From positions 42,594,001 through 42,658,000 of the forward strand of contig OZ024756.1 in assembly GCA_964016885.1 (NCBI GenBank): a stretch of 64,000 nucleotides of DNA, read 5' to 3'. Source of the stretch: Eledone cirrhosa. Its lineage: Eukaryota. Shown piece by piece: positions 37,373 to 51,074 of the stretch (within the stretch, counting starts at the first letter, position 1; the number at the start of each line of letters is the position of its first letter). The translations under genes were made by a program, and so were the position numbers. Under the pieces are notes generated by a model. That model was not told the DNA's origin. It searched no databases and saw only the letters and a program-made list of their open reading frames with translations.

Positions 37373-38327
37373 ACTAGACATGAAAAATGCGCAAGCTCAA
37401 AAGTGCCACAGAATGTTATAATAAACCTTCAAAAGTGTGGGACTAGAGTTGTTGCTAAAAAATATTGTAATCATTATATATCGTACATTCTGTGGCATCC
37501 TTTATAAAAATAGCTTAAACCAACGAAGCCTTTATTTTTACGCTATTTCACTTAGTTAATTCTTAGAGTGTAACATATAAAAATATGATTTACAACTATA
37601 AAATAAATTAATTAATATAATAACAGAGCTGCGGAGCTGAAATTTAGGAAATAATGGAGTATCGGATCCTGAGTTGGAGCCAGTCAATTTTTGGCCGACT
37701 CCGCAGCCCTGTATAATACATTTCATATTAAAGTTATTAATAAACCTATTTTACACTGCATGCAAATTACCATGAGATATTGATATTAGATATAAGATAC
37801 AGCGCAATATCTACAGCTGTAAAAGTACGAAAGCGAAGTAATAATAAGTGGCTTAAGGTAATTCCAATATGAAAGTTTGTAGTGATAAAAATTTGATAAT
37901 GCAATACGATTGTTAATATTATAGTTCTATGAAAATGTAACAATAGATAACTAAATTATTTTACTATTAGTATATTTAAGAAATTATCATTATAGATTTG
38001 ATCGTTCATATAAGCATCATATTAATTTTCAACACAATTATTTTGTTACTATGAGTATATGATAATAATTACGTAATTATTTATAGCTGTTATTACATTA
38101 AACATAGATGTATTTATTTTTATATGTTACACTCTAAGAATTAACTAAGTGAAATAGCGTAAAAATAAAGGCTTCGTTGGTTTAAGCTATTTTTATAAAG
38201 GATGCCACAGAATGTACGATATATAATGATTACAATATTTTTTAGCAACAACTCTAGTCCCACACTTTTGAAGGTTTATTATAACATTCTGTGGCACTTT
38301 TGAGCTTGCGCATTTTTCATGTCTAGT
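37373..38327. repeat. Inverted repeat, near-perfect arms of about 213 bp, spacer about 530 bp
   Basis: 37373-37585 is the reverse complement of 38115-38327. Confidence 0.95.
37624..37711. mobile_element. Tiny hAT-like MITE
   Basis: TIRs cagagctgcggag / ctccgcagccctg and 8-bp TSD tataataa / tataatac. Confidence 0.7.
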
Positions 38328-39524
38328 TTAATATTTTTTTAAGGCAACGCTTGTAATAACTCTAGTTAAACAGGATATATATTAATAATAAATTATCGTT
38401 GTAATGTAATTAGATTATGTAATTGTTATTATAAATTATCTTATAAATATTAGTGTAAGATGTATAAAAATATTTTCAGACTTTTAATATAAACAACTAC
38501 AAAAAACAATCAATATTAAATCAATATATTATACATAATAGAAAACATAAAATAAACAATACAAAAACAAAATATTTACATACAATTGCAATTATCAGTG
38601 TATATACATTTTCTTTATATTCCCTGAGCAAATTAATAAGATTTGTTTTTATTGTACATAATTTGATGACTTGTTGGAGTGTATTAAAAGATAGCAACAA
38701 TTTGTGATTAAATTGTTATCTTAAGCAACTCACTTTTTAATAGTTGTTGGCTGAGCGAAATTGTAAAAGCCTATGAGCAAATATAAAAAAAAATACACAA
38801 ACAACATTTCCTTGTGTTATTACAACATTAGATAAAATAATTGAGCAATGTCGTTATATTTTGCTCTTATTGCACATTAATAGTGTTTCTATTTTTCGGC
38901 ACAAATCCATTACGGCAGTCCATTACTGGTACTTTATTTTATCGAATTAGTAAGTATGAAAGTCGAAGTTAACCTCGGCAGGATTTGAACTTAGAATGCA
39001 AAGGACCATAACAATACTGCAAAGCATGGTGTCTGACGCTCTACCAATACTTGTGTTGAGCTGGTCATTAATTTATGGTGGTCGTGCGTGGAGTAGAGCA
39101 ATCGCTAGTTGAAATATTATGAACAAAACATTTTTATTTGCCGAAGAACATATTTTCTATACTGTTTGTGAATGTGACGAAGGAAATACATTCTGATATG
39201 GAACAGTGTACAAAGTGTGTCTGTGAATAACATAATGTTACCTCATGTTGTTGTCAAGACATAATGGATTTCGTATATCCAATTAGAAGATGAAACCTAA
39301 CCATCTCGGATTAGTTATATTTCATGCCATGTGTAAACGTGTTTGAGGATAGCAAAATATGCGTGTTTCTTGTCTGAAAACTTTCTGCTAAACTGATTGG
39401 TTTCGTTTTTGGCACTATACAATACTCATCCAACAGATAGCTGTATTGGATCCTTGATTGGTTAATATTTAGGTGAGGGTGCTTGATGCACAGTTAGTGC
39501 AAAATGGATCAATGAGTGTAATAA

Positions 39525-40175
39525 TAATAATGATAATAATAATGAAAATATTGTGTACAATGCTGAGGTGCACTACAACTCATCAAAAGTGCATATATAA
39601 TACATAGGGTAATATAAAAACGTCAGGAAAAAAGAACAGTGCATGAGTCATGATATACACATATGTGCATGTGTATGGAAGGGGGACATCAGGTGTAGTT
39701 TTGGTGTATTTCGGAATGTATGATGGTTTTAAAGGATGCAGTGTGTCATCAGCTAACAACTGATGCAGGAAGTTTGTTCCATCCTTCAGCAACTCTGAGC
39801 ATGAAGAAATATTTCCTAAAGTCATGGGAGCTGTGTTGTTTTCTGACTTTGTAGGCATGTCCACGTGTTAGACACATGGAGATCAAAAAGGTGTTCGGGG
39901 TTGTTGTTGGTCGGATGGTTAATAACTTTGTGGGTGTTTACCAAGTCCATTGCCAGAGGGAAGCAAAATATTCAGGGTATGGTAGGTGTCTGATGGAGGG
40001 TATGCGCTTGGTTGCATGTCTCTGAACAGTTTCCAGGAGGTCAATGTTCTGAGCAAGATAGGGGTTCCAGACTGATGACGCGAACTCCAAGTGTATTCGT
40101 ACCATAGATGTATACAGCTTTAAATAGATGGCTGGAGAGCAGCTAATGAAGGTCTTGCTGATTGATGCCAAGTCA
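39525..40175 (-). mobile_element. CR1/L2-like LINE 3' fragment
   Basis: LYTSMVRIHLEFASSVWNPY...LETVQRHATKRI, the typical post-RT C-terminus, with an (att)n tail. Confidence 0.85.
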
Positions 40176-40359
40176 ATCTTAATAAATTGACTGATTTATC
40201 TGTTCACTACTGCTAATCCACCGCTGTTTGTACAATTTTTAGATAATGTCAATTTGAGCTTGAATCATTGGCGTAATGAAATTTGAAAAGATTATAAGCA
40301 AATCTTTTTTAAAATACACAGACAACATTTAACTGTATCGTTGCAACATTAGATCTAAT

Positions 40360-40536
40360 AATTGTTTCTACTTTAGGCACAAGGCCAGCAATTACCCAGT
40401 GCATTACTGGTACTTTATTTTATCTACCCCGTAAGGATGAAAGGCAAAGTCAACCTCGGCAGGATTTGAACTCAGATCGTAAAGGGACGTAACTATGCTG
40501 GAAAGCATGGCATCCGACCCTCTACCAATACTGCCA
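40360..40536 (-). mobile_element. Nin/Deu-core SINE, full length
   Basis: Near-identical to 9966-10143. Confidence 0.88.
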
Positions 40537-40563
40537 AAATAATGGAGCAACATTTGTGCAGAA

Positions 40564-41028
40564 TTATTGTTTGTGCAATAAGATATTTGCAGATCTGTAC
40601 TTGGTCTGCTCTTTAGCCAACTCGGTACGTTTAGAAGCTCTACGCTCGGCTTGCTTTTGAGATATAATAGCTGAATTTGCAGATCTATACTTGGCCTGCT
40701 TGTTTGCCAACTCATACCGTTTTGAACATCTATACTTGGCCTGTTTTTGTGTTAATTTAGCAAAATTCACAGCTCTATAATCGGCCTGTTTTTGTCTCAA
40801 CTTCTCCCGATTCCGCATCCGGTAAGCTGCTTTCACATCCAATTTAATACGCCCATCTAGATTATTAGCACAGGAATGTGAACAAGCTTGTGGGACCGCA
40901 TCATTGTAAGTATATGAACTGCCTGCAACATCAAGACCCAATTCACAAGTGCAGCGTTGCTCATTCACATCGGCAGTGGGGACACCAAAATCAGTGACAG
41001 GTCTCGATTCACTCGCGAGATACATCAC
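40564..41028 (-). other. ORF fragment with basic 14-aa repeats (KQAKYRSAN...), probably transposon-derived
   Basis: 42-bp imperfect repeats encode QKQAxYRxxN. No identifying catalytic motif. Confidence 0.4.
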
Positions 41029-41314
41029 AGCTACACTATATATTTAAACATATATACAGTGATACCTCGCTACTTGGCGGTTCAACTATCGCGGATTCAC
41101 GATTTCGCGCATTTTTAGAATATATATATGAACACCTAAAATTTTTCATTAAATTCATTAAAATATTAATAATAAACACAGTTCTAATCATACGCTATAT
41201 ATATATATATATATATATATAAATATAAGTAATTAATACCGTATAAATGGTACAAAGACTGTTTATGTAAAATGTATTTCTCAACAGAGTATTGAATACT
41301 TAGGAGAAATTCAA

Positions 41315-41508
41315 AACGAAGAGTGATAAAATTTCAAGCAAAGAGTTTAATTAGGTAATGACTTACAAATTTGTTTCAGTATATAGACAAAGCCTGAAGC
41401 GCTAATTATAATAATTAGTTAATAATATTATATTAAAGATATACTGAAACAAATTTGTAAGTCATTACCTAATTAAACTCTTTGCTTGAAATGTTATCAT
41501 TCTTCGTT
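41315..41508. repeat. Inverted repeat, arms about 70 bp
   Basis: 41315-41384 is the reverse complement of 41439-41508 with about 2 mismatches. Confidence 0.92.
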
Positions 41509-43031
41509 GAGAGAGAGAGATTTATCTAGTCCTTCGCTCAAGATTAATCTATAAGTTTAGATGTCTGCCTTCGTTTAAGTAAATATTACAGTAAGATTTT
41601 TAATATAAACAACTACAAAAAACAATTAATATTAAAACGAAAAAATTATCAATGATAAAAGAAGCGGATGCAACTTTTTTTTTTATAAAGTTATATTCCT
41701 GTTTCTTTAAAGAACATTTCATTTTTGTTCTATTGTAGGCGAAATAATGCAATGGTTTAATAGGGAAGATATAACTTACCAATTATGTCTCTAACCGTGT
41801 AACGCTTTTTAAGTAGATAACTACAATTGAAAATACTAAAGAAATGGAACCAACAATTCAATTTGAAAGTCGTCTACTTATAGTGACAGTGTATTACTGG
41901 TACTTTATTTTATCGACCCCGTAACGATGAAAGGCAAAAATGCAAATGTTTAAAATTTAAATTGCCTTAATTCTATCGTCTGCTGTTTCATTAAAGGGAG
42001 ATTCTCGTCTGTATTTAATTCTATCGTCTACTGTTCCACTAAACAGATATACCTCCACTATCGTCTCTATTTATACATTTTAACTTATAACTTATACACA
42101 TTTGATTTGAAATATTTTATCTAGTCCCCCCTCTCAATATTATGATGATTTCTTTCGAATGAAACAGTTCTAGTCCTGTAGAAGCCATTTATATATATAA
42201 TTGAACTGAGTTAAAAATTCACAATATTTATAATTAAATAAGCTCATATATATATGTGTGTATTTATCTGTTTATTGTATTATATATAATGTGTGTATAT
42301 ACAGGATGTCCCCCAAAAATATATACACACTTCAACAGCATTCTAATAACTATTGCCTGTACAGGTAATCAAAGTGTCAATCGAATGTTAGTTTCGTGTT
42401 TTAACAGTACACATTTACAATACACACATAAAACCAGTGTATATACATACATGAGTGTGTATACACATACATGAATGTGTATATACAATATATATGTATA
42501 TATATATAGACACATATATTCACGGTGCAACGGTACATTAAAATATAGATGCGGGAGAGGGGGGGTGTATATATAGGGGCGCTGGGGATAAAGGAGTGTA
42601 AAGCGTGTGTAATTGATATATTGAAGGAGAGGAGCGTGCAGCGATAGAGTAACAAATATATAGAGAGGGGGAGAGATAGTATTGAAGGGGAGGAGTGCAA
42701 AGCGAAAGAGTAAGAGAGATATATATATAGAGACGGAACAGATAGAGAGAAACAGGCGTAAGTAACAGTGGAAGAGATATAGAGAGAGGTACTCTGATTG
42801 GTTGAAAATTAGCCAATGACATACGATCACCACCACCACGGCTATCCCCGAAAAATTTTTTAAGAAGCTAGGCATATATGTTAGAACACGAAAAGTGAAC
42901 ATTCTGTTGTTTCACACTTTTCGTGTTCTAACAGATATATATTTATATATATTTATTTTGCATATATATATATATATATATATATTTATACAACATGCTA
43001 CTGGCTTTCTAAAGTCCTCGATCATTATACG

Positions 43032-43075
<44 letters not shown>

Positions 43076-43077
<2 letters not shown>

Positions 43078-44447
43078 ACAGAGGAGTTCAAGACTGGCTG
43101 CACATGGGAACTCCTATATGCAGATGATCTAACGCTCATAGCTGAATCAATGGCTGAACTAGAGAAGAAATTCCAAATATGGAAGCATGGCCTAGAATCA
43201 AAAGGCCTTAAAGTTAACTTGTCTAAGACTAAAGTTCTAGTTTGTAGGAAGGAAAATAGGGCACCGGTCCCATCTGGGAAATGGCCATGCTTAGTGTGTA
43301 GGAAAGGAGTAGGCAGAAACTCAATTTTATGCCCCAAATACAAAGTATGGGTGCATAAAAGATGTAGTGGGATCACAGGTTAGCTAACTAAGAATATAGA
43401 TTTTATATGTGGCCAGTGCTCTGGTGCAATAAGTAGCAGCAAGTGCCCACAGAATACTAACTCATTCCATTGCACAGATGGTTCTATAGAAATAGTGGAC
43501 AGCTTTCGTTACCTGGGTGACAAAATCAGCAGTGGGGGAGGGTGCTCTGAAAGTACAGTAGCTAGAGTCAGAACTGGATGGAAAAAGTTCAGAGAGCTTA
43601 TACCACTATTGGCCGCTAAAGGGTTCTCTCTAAAAATGAAAGGCAGGCTGTATGATGCCTGCATACGAACAGCAATGTTACATGGCAGTGAGACTTGGGC
43701 ATTTTGTGCAGAGGATATACGCAGACTGGAGAGAAACGAAGCTTGCATGCTCCGCTGGATGTGTAATAGTAATATACGTGAACGGCAAAGCATAAACGAA
43801 GGGAGAAATTAGAAATAAGAGGGATCAGATGTTGTTTACTCGAGAGAAGACTACGTTGGTATGGTCACGTGATGCGCATGAAAGACGACAGCTGTATAAA
43901 AAAGTGCAGGGCAATAAAAATAGACGGTAGCTACGGAGTAGGCAGACCCAGAAAAACCTGGGACGACTTGATAAATTCCGACCTCACACACTTACACCTC
44001 TCCAAGACAATGTCACTGGACCAAGATCTTTGGCGCTACACAGTAATAGAGAAGACCCGCCTTACCTAAGTACAAAGTGAAACCTACTACAGTCAGTAGG
44101 CACCTCTAACAAAATACACCCCCGTCCCTCTACCCCCACCCCATCCACACCACCCCTTTCAATGTAAAGTTATGTTGGTACCACACCATCCAGCCCGAAA
44201 CAAATGAGGTCGTGTAGGTGTCACGACAAAAAAAAACACAGTCTACGCTGTAATGTGGCTGTGTAGGTAACACGGTAAAAACCTCCCAGTCCCACACTGT
44301 AAATGTGGTTGGTGTTAGGAAGGGCATCCAGCCGTAGAAAACCCGCCAGACAGTCCTATGCGAGCAAGACAACCACTCTTGCCTCAAGTGGGAAAACTCC
44401 CGTCCAAACCCATGGGAGCGTGGAATATGGACATTAAACGATGATGA
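43076..44447 (+). mobile_element. RTE family A 3' fragment
   Basis: TEEFKTGCTWELLYADD...IEKTRLT* with a stop and a frameshift, 3' UTR and gatgatgat tail. Confidence 0.95.
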
Positions 44448-44630
44448 TATATATGAAACAGAATATGTTCTCCATTGTAATTTTACTAATCACTATGAGT
44501 GTTGTAATAAGTGACCAAAAAATTAGGTGTCAGGTAGGGCATCCAGCTCTGAAACATTGCCTCAAAAAAGCCCATACATTCCATGTCAGCATGGGAAGTT
44601 GATGTAAAAACGATGATGATGATGATGATG

Positions 44631-44677
<47 letters not shown>

Positions 44678-44984
44678 GAGTATAATGTGGCAGTTAGGCT
44701 TTAACAATACAGTGGTTTACAATCCATTCCTACTACTAATTCTTGTTAACTTCAATAAAGGACTTTCTAAAGTTAACAAGGACCAACCACAATAATTAGC
44801 TGTTGTAAAATATTGGACAACCAAAGCACACAAACCACCAGTAAAATCCCGTTTTTTTTAAATTAATTATATATAGCAAATGAAACAGTTTTAGTCCTGT
44901 AGAAGCCATTTCTATATTGAATTTGATGTTTACACTCTACTAATCTATTGAGTACCTTACTTACTATCTTTTTGTTGTTACAGC

Positions 44985-45222
44985 TCACACCTATGCAGGT
45001 TTAGCTGGCCTCTTCCAAGGTATATCTCGTTGGGGGTATCTTGGGTGATTTAATGATAGGGACCCCAGTCCCTATCATCTCATTTCTACAGCTGAATAAA
45101 CTGGAGCAACATGAAATAAAGTGTCTTACTCAAGGAAACAACACATCACCCGGTCCGAGAATTGAACTTACAACCTTTCGATTGCAAGCCCAATGCTCTA
45201 ACCACTAAGCCATGCGTCTTCA
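44985..45222 (-). mobile_element. tRNA-derived SINE (V/Meta-like core)
   Basis: Head and core match 26115-26285, but the tail differs. Confidence 0.8.
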
Positions 45223-46478
45223 CTTACTTACTATGGTTACTGCCAATTGAACCCGGTACACACACACACGCACACACACACACAACATTGGAAAGATATT
45301 GCGTAATATAAAGAAAATTTTAGGGTTAAAAATTTATCCCAGGTTGGGGATATATTAATGTGTCGTAATCAAAGTTGGATTAAAATTTCTGATTTCAATA
45401 TTTTTTTCATTATTTACAAGGGTACAAGATAGAAGTATATGATTCTTATTAAGTCAATTTGGTTAGTTAGAATCTAAGTTATTTCGATTAGTTCTTCTTC
45501 TTCTTCTCCTCTTACCTCTTCTTCCCTCTCTTCCTATCTATCCTCCTATCCTATTCTCCTTCTTTTTCATCTACCCCTCCTAATATACACCATTTTCTTT
45601 TATCCCTCCTATTCCACTCGTTCCACTTATTCTCTTTCTTTGCTCTGCTTCTTCATCCACTTACTCCCCTCAAATGACATTTGTTAATAGTGTCCTGCAG
45701 CACTCCTCTCACTATCTCTATCAGTCTAAAGAGGCAATCTGGAATATATATTTGTACGGTATGTCTATTCTTGTATCTACCCTGCTTGTATACTACCAAT
45801 AAAGATTCTAACTTCATTGTTTCCGAAGAAGCTGGTCTGATCGAACCTATAAATGAGGTCTGATAGTATACAGTTATATAACTGCTATAGATCAGTCAAT
45901 ATGTCAATATAATCAACCCTCCGAAATGATCGTAAAACAATGATATGAATAGATAAAATAACTTGACTTTGTTATTGTTTTTAGTGTTAAATTAATATCT
46001 AATATTAGACTCTGTATCTAAGGAACTCAGCGGAACACGGAACCTTCCTATGGATTTCACTGGATTACTCACTATCGGATTACGTTGAATTCTATCTACG
46101 GTGCAGACATTGCCAAAAGCTTTCCCGTAGAATAAGGTAAACATAAAGATAGGTAGGTCCTCAAAATGTTTGCTTTGTCCTTTATTGCAGGTCCTCAAGC
46201 AGTGTATGTACTCTGTCCTTTGTTGTATGTCCTAAAACTGTTTGCTTCTTCTGTCCTTTGTTACAGGCCCTCATATTGTCTTTGTGTATTGGAACATTTA
46301 GTCTAAGAGAACATATCTGCAGTCAGAAAAGCTGTCTTTTATTCTTTAAATATAACCTTGTTTTATATATTAATTGGTTCATATGGATAGTTTCACTCAT
46401 TATGGTAATTAAAGATATGCTGTTGTTGTTGTTGTATGTGTTGTTGTTGTTTTTTTCTTTCCTGTAAGGTTCTTCATC

Positions 46479-46632
46479 TCATACGACAGTTCCTTCCAGA
46501 ACCTTCTCCCGAGATTTGACAGCTTCTTCCTCAGCCTCCATGACTCTTTCATGATATAATTCGTCATCGGTGGCAGTGTTGTCAGATATTTCCTCCAACT
46601 TCTCTTTAGATTCGACAGATACTGCCTCTATC
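46479..46632 (-). CDS. Ig-receptor copy 2, terminal exon: acidic tail ending in a PDZ-type motif
   Basis: tattctaccag|, phase 2. Reads IEAVSVESKEKLEEISDNTATDDELYHERVMEAEEEAVKSREKVLEGTVV*. Confidence 0.85.
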
Positions 46633-47442
46633 CTGGTAGAATATAATCAAAACAGTCTTTATATATACATATATATATACACACTTACACACATATATAT
46701 ACACAAGGCATGTCTTTTAGGGATCAATTAAAAAACAGGAACAATTCCAAAGCAACAAAATTGTCTAAAAAAGTGGAATTTTAATTACAATTTCATGTTT
46801 TTATATTGTATATCATGATTTAGTAAATTCTTAGAATGTTCAGGTGACATTTTCTTACTTATACTCCTACACCTGGGCTGAATTTGAAAAATGTGACATT
46901 AATTATAAAGCTAAGTTTCAATTCTAAAATATAGAACTGTCCAATAGGAAAACTGCTATTCAAATTTCCCATAAACCATTGTTTCAAAGTATATAATGTA
47001 TATATAAAGACTGACTGGGTAAAGTAGTTTGGCATGAAGTCTGTTATTATTGAACCCCAAATCAACCCTGAATAAGTAAGCTTGTTATCAAAATATTTCT
47101 GTTACAACCATGCCACCTTTTTTAAAATCTGTGTCTACACTAATGTCTTCTTTCTTGTTTTAAAAGTGGTGGGTGTGATTTGAGAGAGATTTGGCTGCTA
47201 TTTTTAACTGATCAAGTGATAACATAGGTATGATATTATTGAGTGTAATTGAGGAAGGTGTGAACAACAAGCAGAGTTAGTACACACTACAAATAAGTTG
47301 TGGTAGGGTGTGAAGGTTGAGGAGGAAGTAAAGTTATAAAAGCAGTAAATGAGACAAAAATGAGGAGAAATAGCTGAGTAGAAGGAAATATAAATTTGAG
47401 GGTTCCTCAGATAAAAAGGTAAAAAAGAAAAGAAATACTCAC

Positions 47443-47491
47443 TCATTTGCTACTGTTACTGATGGTTGCTGCTTAATGTTTTCTTTAAAAC
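47443..47491 (-). CDS. Ig-receptor copy 2, short cytoplasmic exon
   Basis: ttctag|...GA|gtgagt, 49 nt, phase 1 to 2, which joins the TM and terminal exons in frame. Reads GFKENIKQQPSVTVANE. Confidence 0.85.
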
Positions 47492-47551
47492 CTAGAAGAT
47501 TAGTGAAAGAAAAATATTACAGGCAAAATAGTTCTAGGTGATATATAATAA

Positions 47552-47686
47552 TTGTTTCTACTTTTGGCACAAGGCCAGCAATAATCCAGTGCATTACTGG
47601 TACTTTATTTTATCGACCCCGTAAGGATGAAAGGCAAAGTCAATCTCGGCGGGATTTGAACTCAGATCATAAAGGGCCGTAATAGA
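47552..47686 (-). mobile_element. Nin/Deu-core SINE insertion specific to copy 2
   Basis: Flanked by duplicated tgatatataataat. Empty site at about 9750-9762 in copy 1. Confidence 0.85.
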
Positions 47687-48512
47687 TGATATATAATAAT
47701 GGTATCTAACATAGGCACAAGGCCAGAAATCTTAGGAGGAGAAAATTAATTATATTGATTATAGTACTTTACTGGTATTTTATTTTATTAACCCCAGAAG
47801 GATAAAAGGCAAAGCTGACTTCTGTAAAGGTCTAGAATAAATACTGTCAAGTTTTTGTTCAACATTGACAACTCTGCCAGTCCAATGTATTGTTATATAT
47901 ACATAATGTCAAGCTATTGACAATATCATCATCACAACCATTTTATGTTTATTTTCCCTTCTTTCATGGTTTTAATGGGTTGTTATATTCTGAGGCTAGA
48001 CAGGTAGGTCAGATAAATGTGTCTTGCTCATACTTTCCATTTTGGCAGGGTTTATATCATTGGTTGCTTTTCCTAAAGCCAACCACTTCACGGCATGAAT
48101 CAAGTTCATTTTCTCATGGCACCATCAATACCATCTGATAGGGCCAAATGGATGTTTAAGGGAAAGTTAACATAAAATGAGATAAATATAAGTTAAGGAC
48201 TAAAAAAAACCCATAGAACTTAATAAATATTTATGCAGAACACTGTGTATATTTAAAAATTAGATATAACCACATTTGTTTAATTAGAAGCCTTGCTGTG
48301 AAAGTAATAAAGTGTCAACTAAAAAAGTTGACATCAGGAAGGGCATCTGGAACATTGTCACAAAACATCACATACAAACACTGATAGATGGAAAAGTGAA
48401 CATAAAAACGATAATGTACTTACACTTCCTTCTCTTCACAAGACTTCTAATTAAAAAACTGTAGTTATATTTACATTAAATCACTAAATATACTAAGTTG
48501 TATATCACTAAC

Positions 48513-48626
48513 CTTCTGTATCATTTTTTTTACGAATTATAAAAAACCAGATTAAGAACACGATCACTCCGTTAAATCCTAAAATTCCAAGGATGATACC
48601 AGCAATAGTTCCACCATCTATTCCAG
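48513..48626 (-). CDS. Ig-receptor copy 2, transmembrane exon
   Basis: gataacag|...|gttagt, 114 nt, phase 1-1. Reads PGIDGGTIAGIILGILGFNGVIVFLIWFFIIRKKNDTE. Confidence 0.9.
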
Positions 48627-50348
48627 CTGTTATCAAGATAGAAAACAACAGCAATAAATAATGTTTCTAATATAGCCACATGATTTCAAATTTGGTGGGA
48701 GGGTTATAGTTGATTATATGAACCCCAGTATTTCACTGGTACTTTATTTTATCAATCCCAGAAAGGTGAAAGACCAAGTACCTTTGTTACCGTTATCTGT
48801 TCTAGTAAGAATGACTTCTAATTTAGACAGAAGATAAGCAATTGTTGCCAAGCAAAGTGTCGATTAAATCAACCCCAGTACATAACTGGTACTTTATTTT
48901 ATCATCCTCAGAAGTATGAAAAACAAAGTTAACCCTGGCAGGATTTGACATTTTGTATTACCTATTCAGTATTTCACCTATCTGTTGTAGGTCTGTAATA
49001 ATTGAGCCAATATCATTGAACAGTGGCCTTATATGGTAGTGTACTGAAGCAAACTCTTTTGCAAATTTAAACGAGGTTTTAAGGTTGGTTTTCATATTTT
49101 ATATAACCCTGGATTCTCTTTCTACCATCTCCTTTCAAAGGGAATGTTTGAATTCAGTCTGAATTTCAAGTAGTACCCAGTTCAATTGTTGAGTGTGTTA
49201 GGTAAAGATCCCCTGAAGTCAGGAAAAAGGAACAGAGAACGATGACAATACTGTATCAGAGCTTATAATATAATTGTTTGGATCACCCAATGTAGCTGCT
49301 CTCTTTGAAAAGAACCATTTCCATTTATACAATAAATACTATAATATGTCTGTGAGAGAACTACTACATAGCTGCAACATAAAGTTATGTCATAGCCACC
49401 TCTATGACAGCATGGACCCTATTTTAACAAGTAAACACTGCACTGGGTAAGGAGGAAGCTTCTGTGGAATTGTTTAGTTGTAGATCATTCCTGATTAAGA
49501 ACTGGGATTGATAGCATTTCTATGACTATATAAAATATGTTTTTCAACTGTCTGATTATGACCATTTACTGAAAGGGTTGGATGTGATTAGAAGGAGATT
49601 TGGCTGCTGTTTCTAGCAGGACAAATCATCTGCAGCTTAATCCATCTTAAAACTTAGTCATATAAAAATAATATTAACAGCAAGCTACATAATAAACTAT
49701 TAGGTATCTGTCTTCATATAAACTCTAGTTCATTCCAAACTAAAATGATAGTTGATGGGTTTAACTACAGATCAACTGTGATGGGACAGACCGATGACTA
49801 AAGACATTCCAGTTGTGACCATCCCATCATTTTCAGATTATTTAAAGAATTCTGTCTTCCTTGAAGAGAATATAGTTATTTAAGCAAGTTGTATGACCAT
49901 GTAAATATTTCCTATTTGGTGGCAGTGGTAATAAAGGTGGTAGAGTGGTTACAATGATGATGATGATGAACATGGTTGTAGTGGCAGTCATAGTGATAGT
50001 AGTTAAACTGATCAAGATTGTGAAAGTATAAATCCAAACACAAACACAGCAGTACAGAAATATGTACACACTTAATCAAATATATGAATAATTATGTATT
50101 TCAAACATATACATATTTCACATGGAAACATACAATTATGCATATATACACACATGCATGTATACACACATAGAAAATATGTACACATACAAGCAAACAC
50201 ATTTGCAGACATGCCTGAATGTAAAAGCAGGTATGCAAGTGTGTACACACATGTATATATGTACACATATGTAGATATGTACACATATGTAGATATATAG
50301 TGATGCAGTGATAAACATATATGTACAATTTAAAGTAATACTGCTTAC

Positions 50349-50663
50349 GCTCATTCGAAATTATGATTGCAAGTGTCTTGTTAAATGCTGTACAGGTGAT
50401 CATTCTCTTGGAGAGGTCTCCAGCTTTTATTTGGTAGTTATATTTTGAATTTATCCAAACATAACAATTTCTGCTGCTGCTTTTAGGAACATCCTCAGTC
50501 TTTTTAATGTGATCTGTTTTGTCATCTGAAATTGATGTTGCCCAATCAAAATCGGCAGACACTTCAGAATCTATGGGAACAATTGCCCTACATGTGAAGG
50601 TAGATATCTGGTTAATTTTATGGTATTCACTATTAGATGAAAGTTGTTTCAACTCAGATCTCA
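50349..50663 (-). CDS. Ig-receptor copy 2, second Ig-like domain exon
   Basis: ttttcag|...C|gtaagc, 315 nt, phase 1-1. Has FTCRA, FDW, CY and ITCTA. About 39% identical to copy 1 exon 3 by hand count. Confidence 0.88.
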
Positions 50664-50855
50664 CTGAAAAGAAAGAGAAAATAAAAAGAGGTAAATCTTA
50701 GGAAAATAAATTATGAAATGAAATGTTGGATGGTTACATTAATACAAACTACAACTAAATTGTTGAATGAGGAGGTTGTTTCTGATAGGGCACTCTGGAA
50801 GGCATATGTAAGGACTCTAACCCCACAAAATTCTCATGCTGAGGGGGTGGAGGAG

Positions 50856-50995
50856 GAGAACAGACCTCAGATCGCTGAAGCTCACGGTGGAGATGACGAA
50901 GGACTGTGACAAGTGGAGAGATGCTGTGCTGAATAAGACCCGTTCCACCCTTGCAAGCAGGGAAAAGCGGACGTAAAATGATGATGATGATGATG
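50856..50995 (+). mobile_element. Short RTE family C 3' end
   Basis: Matches 37223-37365. Confidence 0.88.
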
Positions 50996-51074
50996 ATACA
51001 TATATACATATATATATACATACAGACATATATATATATATATATGTATACATACATATATACATATATATATA

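Noticed and set aside
46859-46925. Possible extra exon in copy 2 (gtaag donor present)
   Set aside because: The acceptor/phase combinations I tried introduce stops, and exon 47443-47491 already joins the terminal exon in frame.
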